From Raillietiella orientalis (lineage: Eukaryota): a DNA stretch of 64,000 nt. This document shows, in pieces, positions 1-11,794 of this stretch; the first letter of the stretch is position 1, and each line of letters begins with the position of its first letter. A program made the position numbers and the translations under genes. The notes under the pieces were generated by a model. That model did not search any database, was not told the DNA's origin, and saw only the letters and a list, made by a program, of their open reading frames with translations. The stretch covers positions 2,542,001 to 2,606,000 of the forward strand of contig JAYWIR010000008.1 of assembly GCA_036172245.1 (NCBI GenBank), read 5' to 3'.

Positions 1-2429
1 ACGAAGAAGGGAGTCCACTTCTTGTGACTCCTCATGCAAGAAGTGTTAACAAGCCCAGTAAGCCCAGTTTCATTCAGCAGTCCCATTTTGAACATTTTGA
101 AGCGCTCTTAGAGCCACAGGGCATTTTAGCTACGAAAATCATGCGCTGACGAGATAGCTTTACGACAACCCCGAGAACTTGAAGCGACCGCGAACGATGG
201 GCAAAGTCCCCACTGAGGATCTGCATTTGCTGATGAAGCAGGGCGTAGGTTCTGTCAGGTTTGCAGCGTTTCGTTCGCCTCTTTTTGCAGTTCCCACATA
301 GCGGACTAACATTTCACATTCTCGCTACCACCTTCCCGAAGGAATGGTTTCCGTCACCATAACAAACTCGGCATTAAGGTATGGCAACTTTCTTTGAAAG
401 GAAAACGCATACCCGCGCATTACAATGTGGCAGTTATCTTGGAACGTTCCTTACCTTTCAATTTAAGTTCAGGTTTGCTAAATTAAGAAGAAAATCAGAG
501 AAGGGGGAGAAGAGTAGTGCTGCTGCAAAATAAAAGGATGAACAATAGCATTGCCATGGCTTCCATTTGATGTGCGGGGAAGGAAGAAAGAAAGAAAGAA
601 AGAAAGAAAAGAAGAAAAAAAACACACACACAGACATAGGAAACAGAATTATGAATACCGTTGCTGTGCACTGTATACGAATACAAGAATGAAGATGGCA
701 CTAGCCTCAACCACTCAGTGGCTTTAAGCCAGCCACTGTGCTCAGTATACCAAGCACATGAGCTGACTGGCTTGTAAGAGTCGTGGAATCGGTCAGTCAA
801 AAGACGCATCGAGACGAAGAGTATCCCACAAAATCTCTGACAGTGAATTTGATGGAATATTTTTTTCATTTCGATTTTTTCATCAACAGCAGCAACGAGG
901 AATGTTTTTATCTCGTGAACCAGTAATTTTCATAGTATCCTTGTTTGGTGCTTGTTACATGGTACTTCTCGCTTCCTTGAAGCTGATGGATCCTTCCCTA
1001 ATCTGGACTTTCTGTCTGATATTTTTCCTAATGCTGCGCCGGTTGAAGGGGAACAAGAAGAGCTAGGAAAATTGGACGAATTTCATGGTGAAAGTTCAAA
1101 TGAAAGTTTTCGATGTTCTAGAGTTTTACGATTACAAGGGAGCTACATACATTCCATTAATTAAAGCGCTAAATCCACATCCGACACGCATTCACAGGGA
1201 GCAATGAACTTTTTCATGATGAAGCATCATGAACAGTTCACCGAAATTCCCTCCAAATCTGTATACTGTCCACGGGGAGTTTTAAAGAGAAAGATCGGCG
1301 TGTGGCCGTTTGGAGAAACCACAGATGCCATTGCAAGAAAGCTCCTCCGAGCCGTAAGTTTTCCTTCCGACATCACCGAGTGCTTCGTATTCAGATTTTG
1401 CGCCGATCGCATTGCCGCTCTGTAACATTGGAGTACAGTATTCCAAAATGAGTGGACCACATCATCCTCTCTTCACAATTTTACAATCTCACCGCGAAAC
1501 AAATTGCCCTCAGCGTCGCTAGGAAGTCAGGTGAAGAAACGAATGAAATCCTAATCAGTTCGATCCGAATAAAGAGCCTCTCCACGTCTTCTCCATCATC
1601 ATCTTCGATTGTTAATCAAGCAGGTAATTATCTTCCTCTAAGTTGACAGCACGAATTCATTTCGCAGAGAACTGCCGTCTGAGAAGCTGAATCGGACTTA
1701 TCTGTTACCTGCTTGAAATTAGTCCTCGGGCGTGCGTTGAATTTTCCGATAATTGGAGCCATTTAATACCTCTTTCCCTTGGGTATCTGCTACCAGCAAT
1801 TCTCCTGGATTCTCCAGGCGTTTCCGTCTTCCGCAAAATGTCACCCCTGCACTCCATCAGAGGCTTTTTTAGCATTCCGTCCGTCCTTCGAACAGCACTG
1901 GACAGCTGAGAGGTTCGGTTCGTGCCTATAAAGGTGTGTTCTGGTGTTCATATACTTTACCATGTCCTCAGAATTCTCGGGAGCCTTTTTCTCGTTCCCA
2001 ATCAATTCGCATTCCTTCAGTTCACCCCCCAAAATGTTTGTTCTCGAAAAACATCTTCCATCATACAGAGGCGATCCCACTTGCGCTCACGTAATACACA
2101 TGCAAGACTGCAGACAAGACTGCAGTCGAAAATTCGATTTGTTGGGGAGGAGATTCCACACCCCGTTATTCTTCCTTTTCACAGAGAAGGGGGGGAGGGG
2201 GGACTTCTTCAGCATCATGTGAGCTGAGTTCATGGACCTAGTGTCCCAAGATGAACTGCCGTTGCCATCCTGACGGTGCTGTAACACCCGAATAGGGGAC
2301 TAACGGCAGGCAGAGTTCAAAATAAGCAATTCGTGACAACCTCGCTGAGGATGCACAAAGACCGGAGAGCAGCCGCCAATGAAACGACGAAGCCCTCGTG
2401 AGTGATGGCTTACTCCTGGACCGCTCCGG

Positions 2430-3760
2430 ACTGCGGCAGCCGCCGCAAGCGATGCCCGTCTTCGCACGGTAGGCTGAGGTACGCAAGTCAGCTGATTTCC
2501 AGTTTCGTTTCGGGCTTCTCTTTCGAAGGTCGCTCGGCTGAGCAGCGTCCGTCCAAGGTCGAACGCTTGGAAGGACGCTCCTCCTAGGCGGCAAGGCGGT
2601 CGGCCTCCGATCGATATCTGCTGCCGGAGGTGTGCGACCTCTGTCGAAGCAAAAGCGTTGCTGCCGCCAACTGAACTTTCCCTTTCACCCGCATTCGCTG
2701 CCGTCCGCAGCAAGGTGTTCATTTTCGTTCCGCTTCCAGCATTCATGACCAATTCTGTTTCCTGAAGAGGCATGAAGGTTGCGTGAGGTGCACACCAGTG
2801 GCACGCCGTCAAGTGATCAATTGCTTTCTGATGAGTGATGATGGGAACAGAGCGTGGTGCGATCATCCCTGCGCAGCGAAAATCTGAACCGAAGCCTCAG
2901 CTGCTAGCATCTTTCCGATGTTCTACTAAAGGTAATTTCTTGAGCTGGACATCCCTTTTGGCATCCCTTTCGAATAAATCCGTTGCCGGGTTGCGCGAGT
3001 AGGGCGAACCCAACCTTCTTCCCCGCTTTCGAGGGAACCTCGGGACAGGTGCGATAGAAGGCCCGAAACCACGAGTGGTGCGAAAGGTTCCTATGGGACA
3101 GTTCCCCTCTTCTCTTGGAAAGAGGGAGTTCCGGAAACTCACGGACTCTGAAGGGAGCCACACCTACACTCGAGAGGACGTCTGCCATCCCGTCAGAGAA
3201 GATCCGTATCGGCCTGGCGGGCGTGGGAACCTGTCCTCCAGGAGGACACTGAATCCGTGCTTGGCGCCGGCAGGAACCCCCATAAGGGTCCGCACGCCAG
3301 GGAGCAGCCAAGGGCAACCCCTTCTTCAAGGGACGGTCGATCCCCCGCTGTAGACTCGGGCACTCCGGGAAACGACAGGGACTAACCTTCCGATCCACCT
3401 CGCTCATCCGAAGAGCAGAACTCGGACGTCTCCCCACGATGCATTCCGGAGCTGTTCTCTTGGTCCGACATGAGTAGCTGACCGTAGGCAGCTGAAAATC
3501 ACTCAGCTCAGCAGTGGATCTGCAGAGACAGCCAACAGCAAAAGATGCGCTGGTCGGGTTTGTGGCTGTTTTTGGTAGCTCTCCAAGCAAAGGTTCTTCA
3601 GTCCAGGAGAAGCGTCCTTCCAAGCGTTCGGCGTTGGACGGACGCTGCTCAGGCGAGCGGCCTTCGAAAGGGAAACCGTAAAATTACCGATCACAGTTGC
3701 TGGCACCCCTCTTAGCATAGTAGGCGTATCTACAACGCTTGGAAACAAAGGCGGCGGGCA
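2430..3760 (+). ncRNA. Long imperfect fold-back (hairpin RNA candidate A)
   Basis: 2516-2585 pairs ungapped with 3605-3674: 64/70 Watson-Crick, 3 G.U, 3 mismatches. Nested stems: 2907-2914:3541-3548, 2941-2947:3504-3510, 3213-3219:3295-3301, with an apical hairpin at 3232-3248. Confidence 0.7.
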
Positions 3761-3844
3761 CCTGGATCCCCATTACGTGCGCAGGCGCATCCGCGACCTG
3801 GAGGAAGCGGAAAGGGACCGAAAGAAGTGGATACTGCCACCTCC

Positions 3845-4365
3845 ATAGCTGCAGAGGTGTCCTCTCTACGGGAGAGAGACGGCAACTGCCAACCGGCAGG
3901 GTGGATGATCTCGTGGCAGGAGCGACGAAACTGGTGGGCCAGCGGAGGACGTAGCTGGCGCAACGCACACCCGGTGCTTGCGCCAAATACAGCTGCTCTG
4001 ATGGGCGGAATACCTGCAGATTCCACCGTCGGAAATCGTGACCCCTCTAGACAGACAGAGCCATGCTCCCCCTTCAGGTGGCAGCACGAAGAGACTTTGC
4101 TGTTCGCGTGCTGGGGCTTCCCGTGCAGCTAGCGGCGGCATCTCTGGACGAGGGGAAGAGCCTCTCCGAGCTGCGGCAGCTGCGGGCCCCGATGCACCTG
4201 CTGCCGAAGTGCGGTGACCTTCAGTGAAACGCTCGTGGCTGCTCTACTCCTTCCCGCAGACACCCCGGGAGAGCAGCTACAGCGATGCTTCACGCGGGAC
4301 GGGCTTTCGCCTGCTTCCCCGGTCTCCCGATCTTGTGCTGCGCCAGGAGGGTCGTGGGGTCACGG
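3845..4365 (+). ncRNA. Multibranch structured RNA segment
   Basis: Stems 3956-3963:3978-3985, 4037-4045:4356-4364 (perfect 9 bp), 4081-4087:4335-4341, 4235-4245:4270-4280 (one G.U), and about 4108-4136:4170-4198. Confidence 0.55.
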
Positions 4366-5119
4366 AACATCGAGGGAGGGAGGGGCGTCAGCAGGGAAGG
4401 AGGGACACACGCCCCACCCCCGCAGCAATGAGGCATGAGGCCAGGTGTCCTGTGAAGGATGCCAGGGTGAAGGAGAACGCCGCTTGCATCGCGAGTTACA
4501 GAAGGCGCCAGGGGTGTGACTGGTGACCCCTGTCCCTTTACCCCTTATTAACCTACTTATTTCATCCTCTCCTAGAGCTCCCCTCCTCTCCTATTCTGTG
4601 CAGCCGACCTGCGGGTCAGTGGTTTTTTTTTTTCCTTCTGAATTTTTCAAAGGTCAGTGGATTTACCAATCCACATGGCCTGTTTATTTTTGGAAGCGAA
4701 ACGCTCCAGCATAACTGGGTGAAAATGTCCTAGGGGGATTTTAATGAATGTGAAATGAAAGTGAAATGAATCCGTGCGAAAGAATCCCAAAGGGTAGCTG
4801 GAGATCATTTGATGGGGCGGGGCTCTGGGGTGAAACTTTGGATCGGGGAAACTCGATGTTTCTTCGGCAGTCTCGCGCGTTCCACTGCCATTTTGACTCT
4901 TCTTCCCTCGGACAGGGGCTAACAATTCTCATGAACGGCAATTCATATAAGTCCCCTTCCTCATTTTCTAACATCCATTATTTATGCTGGAGTACCTAAT
5001 TCTATTTTACAAACAAATTCCCTCAGGCAGGGGCGCAGACGCTGAAAATTCTCCTGCTCTCGTGCCGTAGTCGCCCAAAGCTTTCGACAGGAATCAGACG
5101 CCCCGAGATGGATCGCGGG

Positions 5120-6815
5120 CTGGTGCGTGCGCCTGGTCACCGAGGTGGCCAGACGCCAAGCACCGCTTTCCTCATGGTCGCGTAGGGAGGTTCGCCGGTT
5201 AGCAACAAGCGCGCCTGCCGGGGTCGCGCCGAGCTAAAAGTGTCGGCGCGGCAAGCCGGTGTGCAGAGCCAGCTGTGGGTTCCCCACTTAGGTTCCAATA
5301 GGCCATTTCACCAAGGACTGCTCCAGGCCCTCGCAGTGTTATCATTGCGAGATATCGGGCCACGTCAAGGAGTGCGAGAAGCATTCCACTGGCTAGTGGT
5401 CTGGGGACTGTCTCCTCTCCCCGGAGTGGAGGCGAAGAGGAGGCAAGCGGAGCAGCAAGCGAAGTCCATCCCCTGCACAGTCGTCGACTCGAGCCTCCTA
5501 GAAATGCAGCAGGAGAAGAAGCCACAGAAAGAAGAGGAAGCAGTCGGCCGGAAGCTGAGCGACCGAGGAAGAGAAGCAGAAGACCACGGAGAAACGACAG
5601 TAAGATAACCACATTTGCGGAAGTGATCCGTCGGTACGCCACCCATGGAACAGCAGAAGGATTTTTTGTTGCGCATCTTTGCTCTCGAGGAGGAGATCCG
5701 CAACACACATACAGATACGAAAAGACGCGCCTTGATTCTCACCCGTGTGCGCCGGAGAGTTTATTTATGAATTCAATAAACATTTGCCATTTCTGTGGTT
5801 GGACTGGTGGTTTAACCCCGTCCTTTTTTGATCTAACCTGCCGCGTTACCATTGCGCAGACCGGAGAGGTTCGCCACCGCAGCAGAGGGGAGGAGGCAAA
5901 ACAAAAAGAAAAAGAAACAAAATAAAAATAAAACAATATGAAGTGCGGGCAGGGATTCCTGTCTGCTGGGAGCGTTCCTCTGCATCCTTTGGAGGATGCC
6001 GGCAAGGTCTTGCAGGATATTATTGTCCAGATGGGACCATCTCGTTGCCGTCCCTATGGATGGGACGGCGAAGTGGATGGCATCCCGCTCTCTGGAATGG
6101 CGCTCCTTGATGGAGATGGGCGAGATGGAGAACGCGCTGATTGAGGAAAAGCCAAAATTACCGAGATGGCTCAACGAAAACAGCCTCTCTGGCAAGGAAA
6201 ATAACGAGGGCCACGTGCCCGGCATAACAGGAAAAGGAAGAATCCACAGACTTTTCCAGGTCGGAAGGCGACATCGGCAATGAAAACTCTGCCGGGGACA
6301 GTGGAATTATCCCCAGCAGAAAAAGAAGAGCAAGCTGCCCTCTAATACCCGATAGCCTCCTCCCTGTCGACTTCATAATGAAAATAGGAACGCGCAGCTG
6401 CGGAAGATCCACTCTTAGACGTACAGGAGTGACTATCTCCCTCAGTAAAATGTACGGGCAAGACGAGAGACCATCAGTGAAAGGCGAAAGGGCCTCAAGT
6501 GTTGCTATGGGCAAAACGAGAAGTGAATTGAATCTTGCTTGCAAAAGGTGGCCATGTAAAATTTGTATAGTCAATAAATTCACCCCACCGTTTGTCGGAC
6601 CTGGGGAAACAGCTATTCACCGGTAGCCGAGGATCCGTGGCGCCAGCAGCAGCTTGGCGGCAGGTTCAATCTTGTCCATCCGCTTGTTGGCTCCGCGTGG
6701 TCCCGCGATACTGCCAGCTCTCCCCACCTCCTCCTCTCTTGCTGGAGAATACGCAAGGATGGTTCCGCTCCCGTTCCACCGTCTGTTGAAACGGACGCGA
6801 CTCCGCTTCCCCAGC
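5120..6815 (+). ncRNA. Cluster of local stem-loops, some of pre-miRNA size
   Basis: Hairpins at 5122-5164, 5223-5252, 5945-5966, 5982-5999, 6026-6096 (core ttgccgtccc 6045-6054 : gggacggcga 6062-6071) and 6631-6703; they contain G.U pairs on the + strand. Confidence 0.45.
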
Positions 6816-7749
6816 CAGATCACTGACATTGAATCTGACGTCACCGCTCCGTGCAGCAGACAAAGGACCGTCGGCAACCTTCGCTCCGCTACTTGACTCA
6901 TCAAAGGCTGCAGTTGTGTTGCACTGAGACAGCTTAACGTTTTCTCGAGACTTCATTGAGGGAAGGGGGGGGGGGGACTCCACGATTGGTGGACGGTCGT
7001 GCCATTCCCGGTCGATCCTGTAGATCGTGATTCCACGACGTCTTCCTTCCTGAAAGACGCTACTTTGAACGAATCGACAGCCCTACTGCAGAATGCGCAG
7101 AGCAAGAAGGCGGGCAGGAAAAGCGCAAATGCCTAGAAGGACTCTCTTTTTGTCTTGTGACCTAAGAAACATGTACAAAGATCGTACAAGAGACCTTGTA
7201 CAAAGATTAAGGGACGAGGGGAAGACTCCGCACCATGGCTCCCGTGTGGATTACCCACAATTTGCAATGCTTTGGTATCCCATCAAAGATCCTCCGAGAG
7301 TTGTTTATCAGGTACTGTGGCCGTCCAAGGTCTACCCCCAGGGCATGCTCCGGTTATGCTCGATGTTGACGCCAGTACCGTCCTTTCTCCCATGTCTTTC
7401 TGCCCGCTCCCTGAGAAACTTGCCATTCTTCATTCTTTCTCCCTAGGTTGCCGCCACTCATGCTCTTACCGAGGTCAGTACTTCCTTGTCTGTGAACAGG
7501 AGGGCTCAACTGCTTGCACTTGGTTTCCTTTCTTGACCGTGCTTCTTCTGATGCTTCCGGCGCGCTCTCACGCGCGACTTGTCAAATCACTCCCGGCTCC
7601 GTTTTGGAGCATCGGGTGCATCCGGAGTTTTCCAGCCGCCTCCCAGGATCGCTTCTTTTGGTGGCCGCCCAGCTCCCGTTTTCCTTGTGCTGCTTCCCTG
7701 ACAGAGTCTGACCAGGGTCCTTCGGTAAGCAGGGCTGGGAGACTTCGAA

Positions 7750-9334
7750 CGCGATGCCCCCTGTGCGCCGGATCCACGCCGCTTCCCGAGGGCGCCGCTC
7801 GTGAACTCAGCAGTGGAATCGAGTCAGCGTTATGATCAGCGGCAGGTCCGAGACCCGCGGGTGATCCTCGATGTGCAAGAAGTGGGTGGACGCGCGATGC
7901 TGTCCCACGGAAGCTGTCTGGTTGCTCTCGACGAAGGAGAGCTGTGCTTCTCTGAGTTGGAGCATGCGTGACCCGGAGGTAAATCCGCAGCCCAGCCGTC
8001 CCTCAAATGGTGGATCCTCCGAAAGCCGTTTTTGAGCCTGCAATCCTCGAGCGTCCAGCACTCCCGCATTCTCCCGGACGCTCGGAGATTCATTGTCTGC
8101 ACGGCGAGTACCTCATCCATCGGTTCGGGCATCTTTTCGAATGAAGCTCCGGGTGGGCACCAGGCACGAACTTTCCGAGGTGTACCTCTGGTCTTTTCGC
8201 GACCACCCCGAGCCAGAGAGTCTCTGCGGAGTTTCGGGAACTTTCGGTCCTGCGGTTCAGCAGCCCGAGACTGCTGCCCGCGGCAAAGCTGTCGGCTGGC
8301 ACTCGAACACTCGCCTGACTCTCTTCGTAAGAAGAGAGATGGTGACTCCACCAGCACGGAGGTCTCCGCCGGAATTCCGCAGCAGCGGTTTCCCGGTGAC
8401 GCCGGAACGTGGAGGGGAGGGGAGGGGAATGGGATTCCGCACTCGAGCGGGCGCAAAGACACTCTGCGCGGGAGGGCGGCTTCAGCGGCCTCGCCGATGT
8501 GCCACTTCGGCGGCACTTGAAACCCTTCGAGGTTGTCTTTTACCCCCGCTTCCAGGATGCACGATTTGCTGGAAGCTCCTGGATCCATTCGAATCCAGAT
8601 GGAGTCCGCCTCGGCAACTGCCTCCAGCTTTGTGCTTTTCCTACATACATCCTGTTTGCCTTCGAAGCGATCCACTCGCGCAGCGCTTGCCCCCAAGAGG
8701 GATCTCACCGTCACAAGGGCACCTCGGAAGGGGTACTCCTTGCGGGGATGCTGGTGAGGGCAGCAGCAAAACCGTACGGTTTCAGAGACCTCTCTGCGTT
8801 GGCTTTTGCTTCCCCTCGGCACCCCTCGTCTGATTCTGGAGTGTTTTGGGGGAAGAAGCCGCCTGACCTTATGCTGCTGCATTGTCGGAGCTGTCTCTGT
8901 AGGTGCCCGGCGGCTTCCCGTATCGCGACGTCGCGAGCGTCGGGCGCGCGCTTGCGAGTCGGTGGATTTCCGGCGTCCTGGAAAACCGTGCTGCGTGTTT
9001 CGTTGTGCAGGGTTCGAAAAAATCGTTTCCCGAGTTCGAACACTTCCGTGTTCCCCGTGACGTGGAAAGGCGGTGCTGCTGTTTTTGCACCGGTGATTCC
9101 AGCGCAACCAGAGCCTGCACCGCGTTTCCGGTGGGGTTGCATACCCGGACTGCTCCCGGCGGGAGGGGGGGGGGGGGCGGAGTCGATCCCGCCGCCCCTG
9201 TTCTTGGACTGTGGTGGCCTCCAAGAACCGTGGCGGAGGCTGGCATCAGCGCTCCAGCACCAGGAGGACATCACTGTGACCTACTGTGTCGGTTCTTCGT
9301 GCCCCACGAGCTCTCGACCGGCGCAGTGATCGCG
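7750..9334 (+). ncRNA. ~1.6-kb imperfect fold-back (hairpin RNA candidate B)
   Basis: Collinear antiparallel stems: 7764-7771:9318-9325, 7797-7803:9305-9311, 8021-8042:9006-9029, 8069-8095:8960-8985, 8214-8226:8783-8796, 8271-8279:8758-8766, 8464-8483:8664-8683. The block 8083-8095:8960-8972 is 13 contiguous pairs with 4 G.U and no A.C on the + strand. Confidence 0.7.
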
Positions 9335-11794
9335 ACGACGTGTTGCGTCCTCTCCATGTACTGGAAACGCAGGCGCAGTGAAGAAAGGTCACTGTGGTGA
9401 CAGCCGCCTACATGAGGACGGCTGCAAGATGGCCTAACCTGGAAGAGAAAGCGAAGGCGGAGATCGCTGGCATCCAGAGCTGGTTCTGAAAGGAAGGAAC
9501 AGATGAAACCAGCCACCTCTGTCCCCACCTTCTCTTTATTTATTTATTGTCCCCTTTTTTCCGCTCCCTATTTTTAGATGTATCGGCCTGCACCTCGGTG
9601 GCCTCCCCTTGAACTTCTTTTGTCTTCGGCTGGGAACCGACTTCCCAACTGGTTTGTTTGTACTAAATAAACGCTACGGCGTGACCAGGCAAAAAAAAAA
9701 GAAAAAATTCCCGAACCGAAAACTCAAGGTTACTTACCCCATCGAAGGGAACAGAGACACTCTGGAACGTGTGCTCCACTCATGGCCAGAACCGCTCCCG
9801 TGAAGTTGCTCTCGGGGCCAATGGCAAACAAATGGTGGACGATGTCATACAGAAAACGCGAAGGACCATGGAAACTGGATTGAATGGTCCGGCAATGATC
9901 AGGAGTGAATAAAACCAAAAAACCAAAAAGGGACAAGGTAGAACCGCTGCGGTGAGCTGCTCGCGCGAAGCTAAGAAAAACATCATCAGGCGATCACTGA
10001 AGGATTCAGACAACCTAGGAAGTGATCGAGTGTGCTACCTGGGCAACCATGACAAAACAGGATCCGGTGAATCCTGTGATCTCTTACAGGCAAGTGACAT
10101 TCATTGAATTATCGCAAGTGGAGAGACTACCGACATGTGAATGTTTCCGTGACCGAAGCGGTCAACAGCGCCCCGCTGGCGCAGGTGGTAACGGCTTGTC
10201 TCTTCACCGCTCCTTCGTTGTACCATGATGGCACCGTCGACCAGCAACCACATCGGAGGAAAGGCCGCAGCCGCAGCATCGTGCGAAGCCAAAATGCTCG
10301 CATTCCTGAATTACACGTGCTGCTGTTTCGTACATTTGACAAAGCTGAAATTACGAGTAACGGAAAGAACGGTGGGGGTTGGTCATCAAGCCATTTATTT
10401 GCTGGACAGCTCACAGACAAGAAAACAGGATTGATTATCAGAAAAAATACATCTAAGCATAGAAAACTACACTTCCAAGTTTCATTATTTTCTGCAACGC
10501 GAAATCCCGTTATGAGTCACAGCCTTCCTATTATGGATCACCTCCTGAGCTCTGCAATTTTGGTGAACCTATTAGGATGCCGTTATCCAAATTTTTTTTA
10601 TTAAGCTTAGCGGCCACAATAATGATGGATTCAAATGATTTTAATAGAAGAATGGAATGGAATATATATTTTTTGAAGAGTGTAAATTTTTTATCTCTTG
10701 TTGAAGGCACAGATTCTTAAATCCACCGAAGAGGACCCTGACATCCATACTTTTCCTATCTTCTTTACTATGAGTAGACCGTATCGAATGTTCGATTTGT
10801 TAGAAAAATTGCAGAAACATTAGCTAATTATCTTTATTTGTCATGGCGGATCTTAATTAAGTGTACGCATGAGCAACTTTTCAAAACGATATTACTTGAA
10901 CCATCTCAAACTTAAAGCAGACCCACTCGTAATACGTGATTGAAAGACTTTAGCTTTAAAAGCTTTAAATAATTATTTAGTATTACATGGATCATGCGAA
11001 GAGTGCAAATAAGCAAATTTTGTGTTTTCTATTACATTTTCATTCATGTTTTTCATAATCAAGGATTAGAGAAAGAAAGAAAACACTACTGTTAATTTTT
11101 GCATAGATTGAGGTGCAGTACATTAGGTTGGTCAGACTACAGTTGCTTCATGCTTCGGCAGTAAGGCAACACAACTGAAAGACAGTGAATTTCGAATCAG
11201 CATCTTGAATACCTTAAGTGACTTTAACAAAAACCTCATTACATCACAATCAGGGTGAAAGGAAATCGGAGGACAAGTTTCCAAATCAAATCCAGAAGAA
11301 GGCGATTCTCAGAATTTTCGCACCGGTTTCTGACATATAGGAATAGCACCACAGAAAAAAAAAAAAAAAAAGATGCAAGAAACCAACTATGAGATATAAG
11401 AATTTGCAAAACGAAGCACAAAAATGGCGGAGATCTTGATGGATGGATAGCTAAGACGAATTTGAACCATAGGATAGAGCTCAGTGATTTTTGTTGCACC
11501 AGGATAAAAAACAGAGCTTGAAAACAGTCCAATGACCAATCTAAGGATTCATTTCTTTATGGCATAGTAACAACAAAGGAAAACAATAAAGAGTAAGAAA
11601 GTAATCCCATGTATGCATTTATGGATATTGTCTATGCCTTATGCTTCTCTTACTGTATACACTAGGAATTATTGGAGATTAAGGAAACCTTTACCATGCT
11701 CAATCGCGAGCATAGCAAATGCTGTATAATTATGTTGTGGTATCTCAATTTCTTAATCTCATAATTTTTTTTTTTTTTGCAATTAAACTGAAAG

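Larger units (their letters stand above)
1..9580 (+). ncRNA. Putative spliced long non-coding transcript(s) hosting large hairpins; 5' end lies outside the window and the number of transcription units is unknown
   Basis: GT..AG units match the size of the genome's short introns: 58-102 (45 nt, gtaagc..tgaag), 245-290 (46), 1354-1394 (41, gtaagt..ttcag), 1624-1666 (43), 1934-1971 (38), 4523-4575 (53). Splicing the first ones leaves stops in all frames and no recognisable protein. AATAAA occurs at 5775, 6574, 9666 and 9907. Confidence 0.5.

Noticed and set aside
1..2760. Stop-codon reassignment or programmed frameshifting rescuing a coding gene
   Set aside because: The four real genes use the standard code with normal stops; reading through the stops in the frames I tried gives no recognisable protein.
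2871..4135. Pairing of 2871-2908 with 4092-4135 (pseudoknot)
   Set aside because: The short G.U-dependent matches are in parallel order and compete with better nested stems; likely chance.
7836..9329. Long ORFs (462 aa minus, 306 aa and 246 aa plus) as protein genes
   Set aside because: Overlapping ORFs in many frames, R/P/S/G/A-rich, no recognisable domain; explained by high GC and the inverted-repeat structure.
7633..9424. Extension of hairpin B out to 7633:9424
   Set aside because: 9414-9424 can pair locally with 9401-9409, so the outer extension is unresolved; the conservative bounds 7750-9334 were used.
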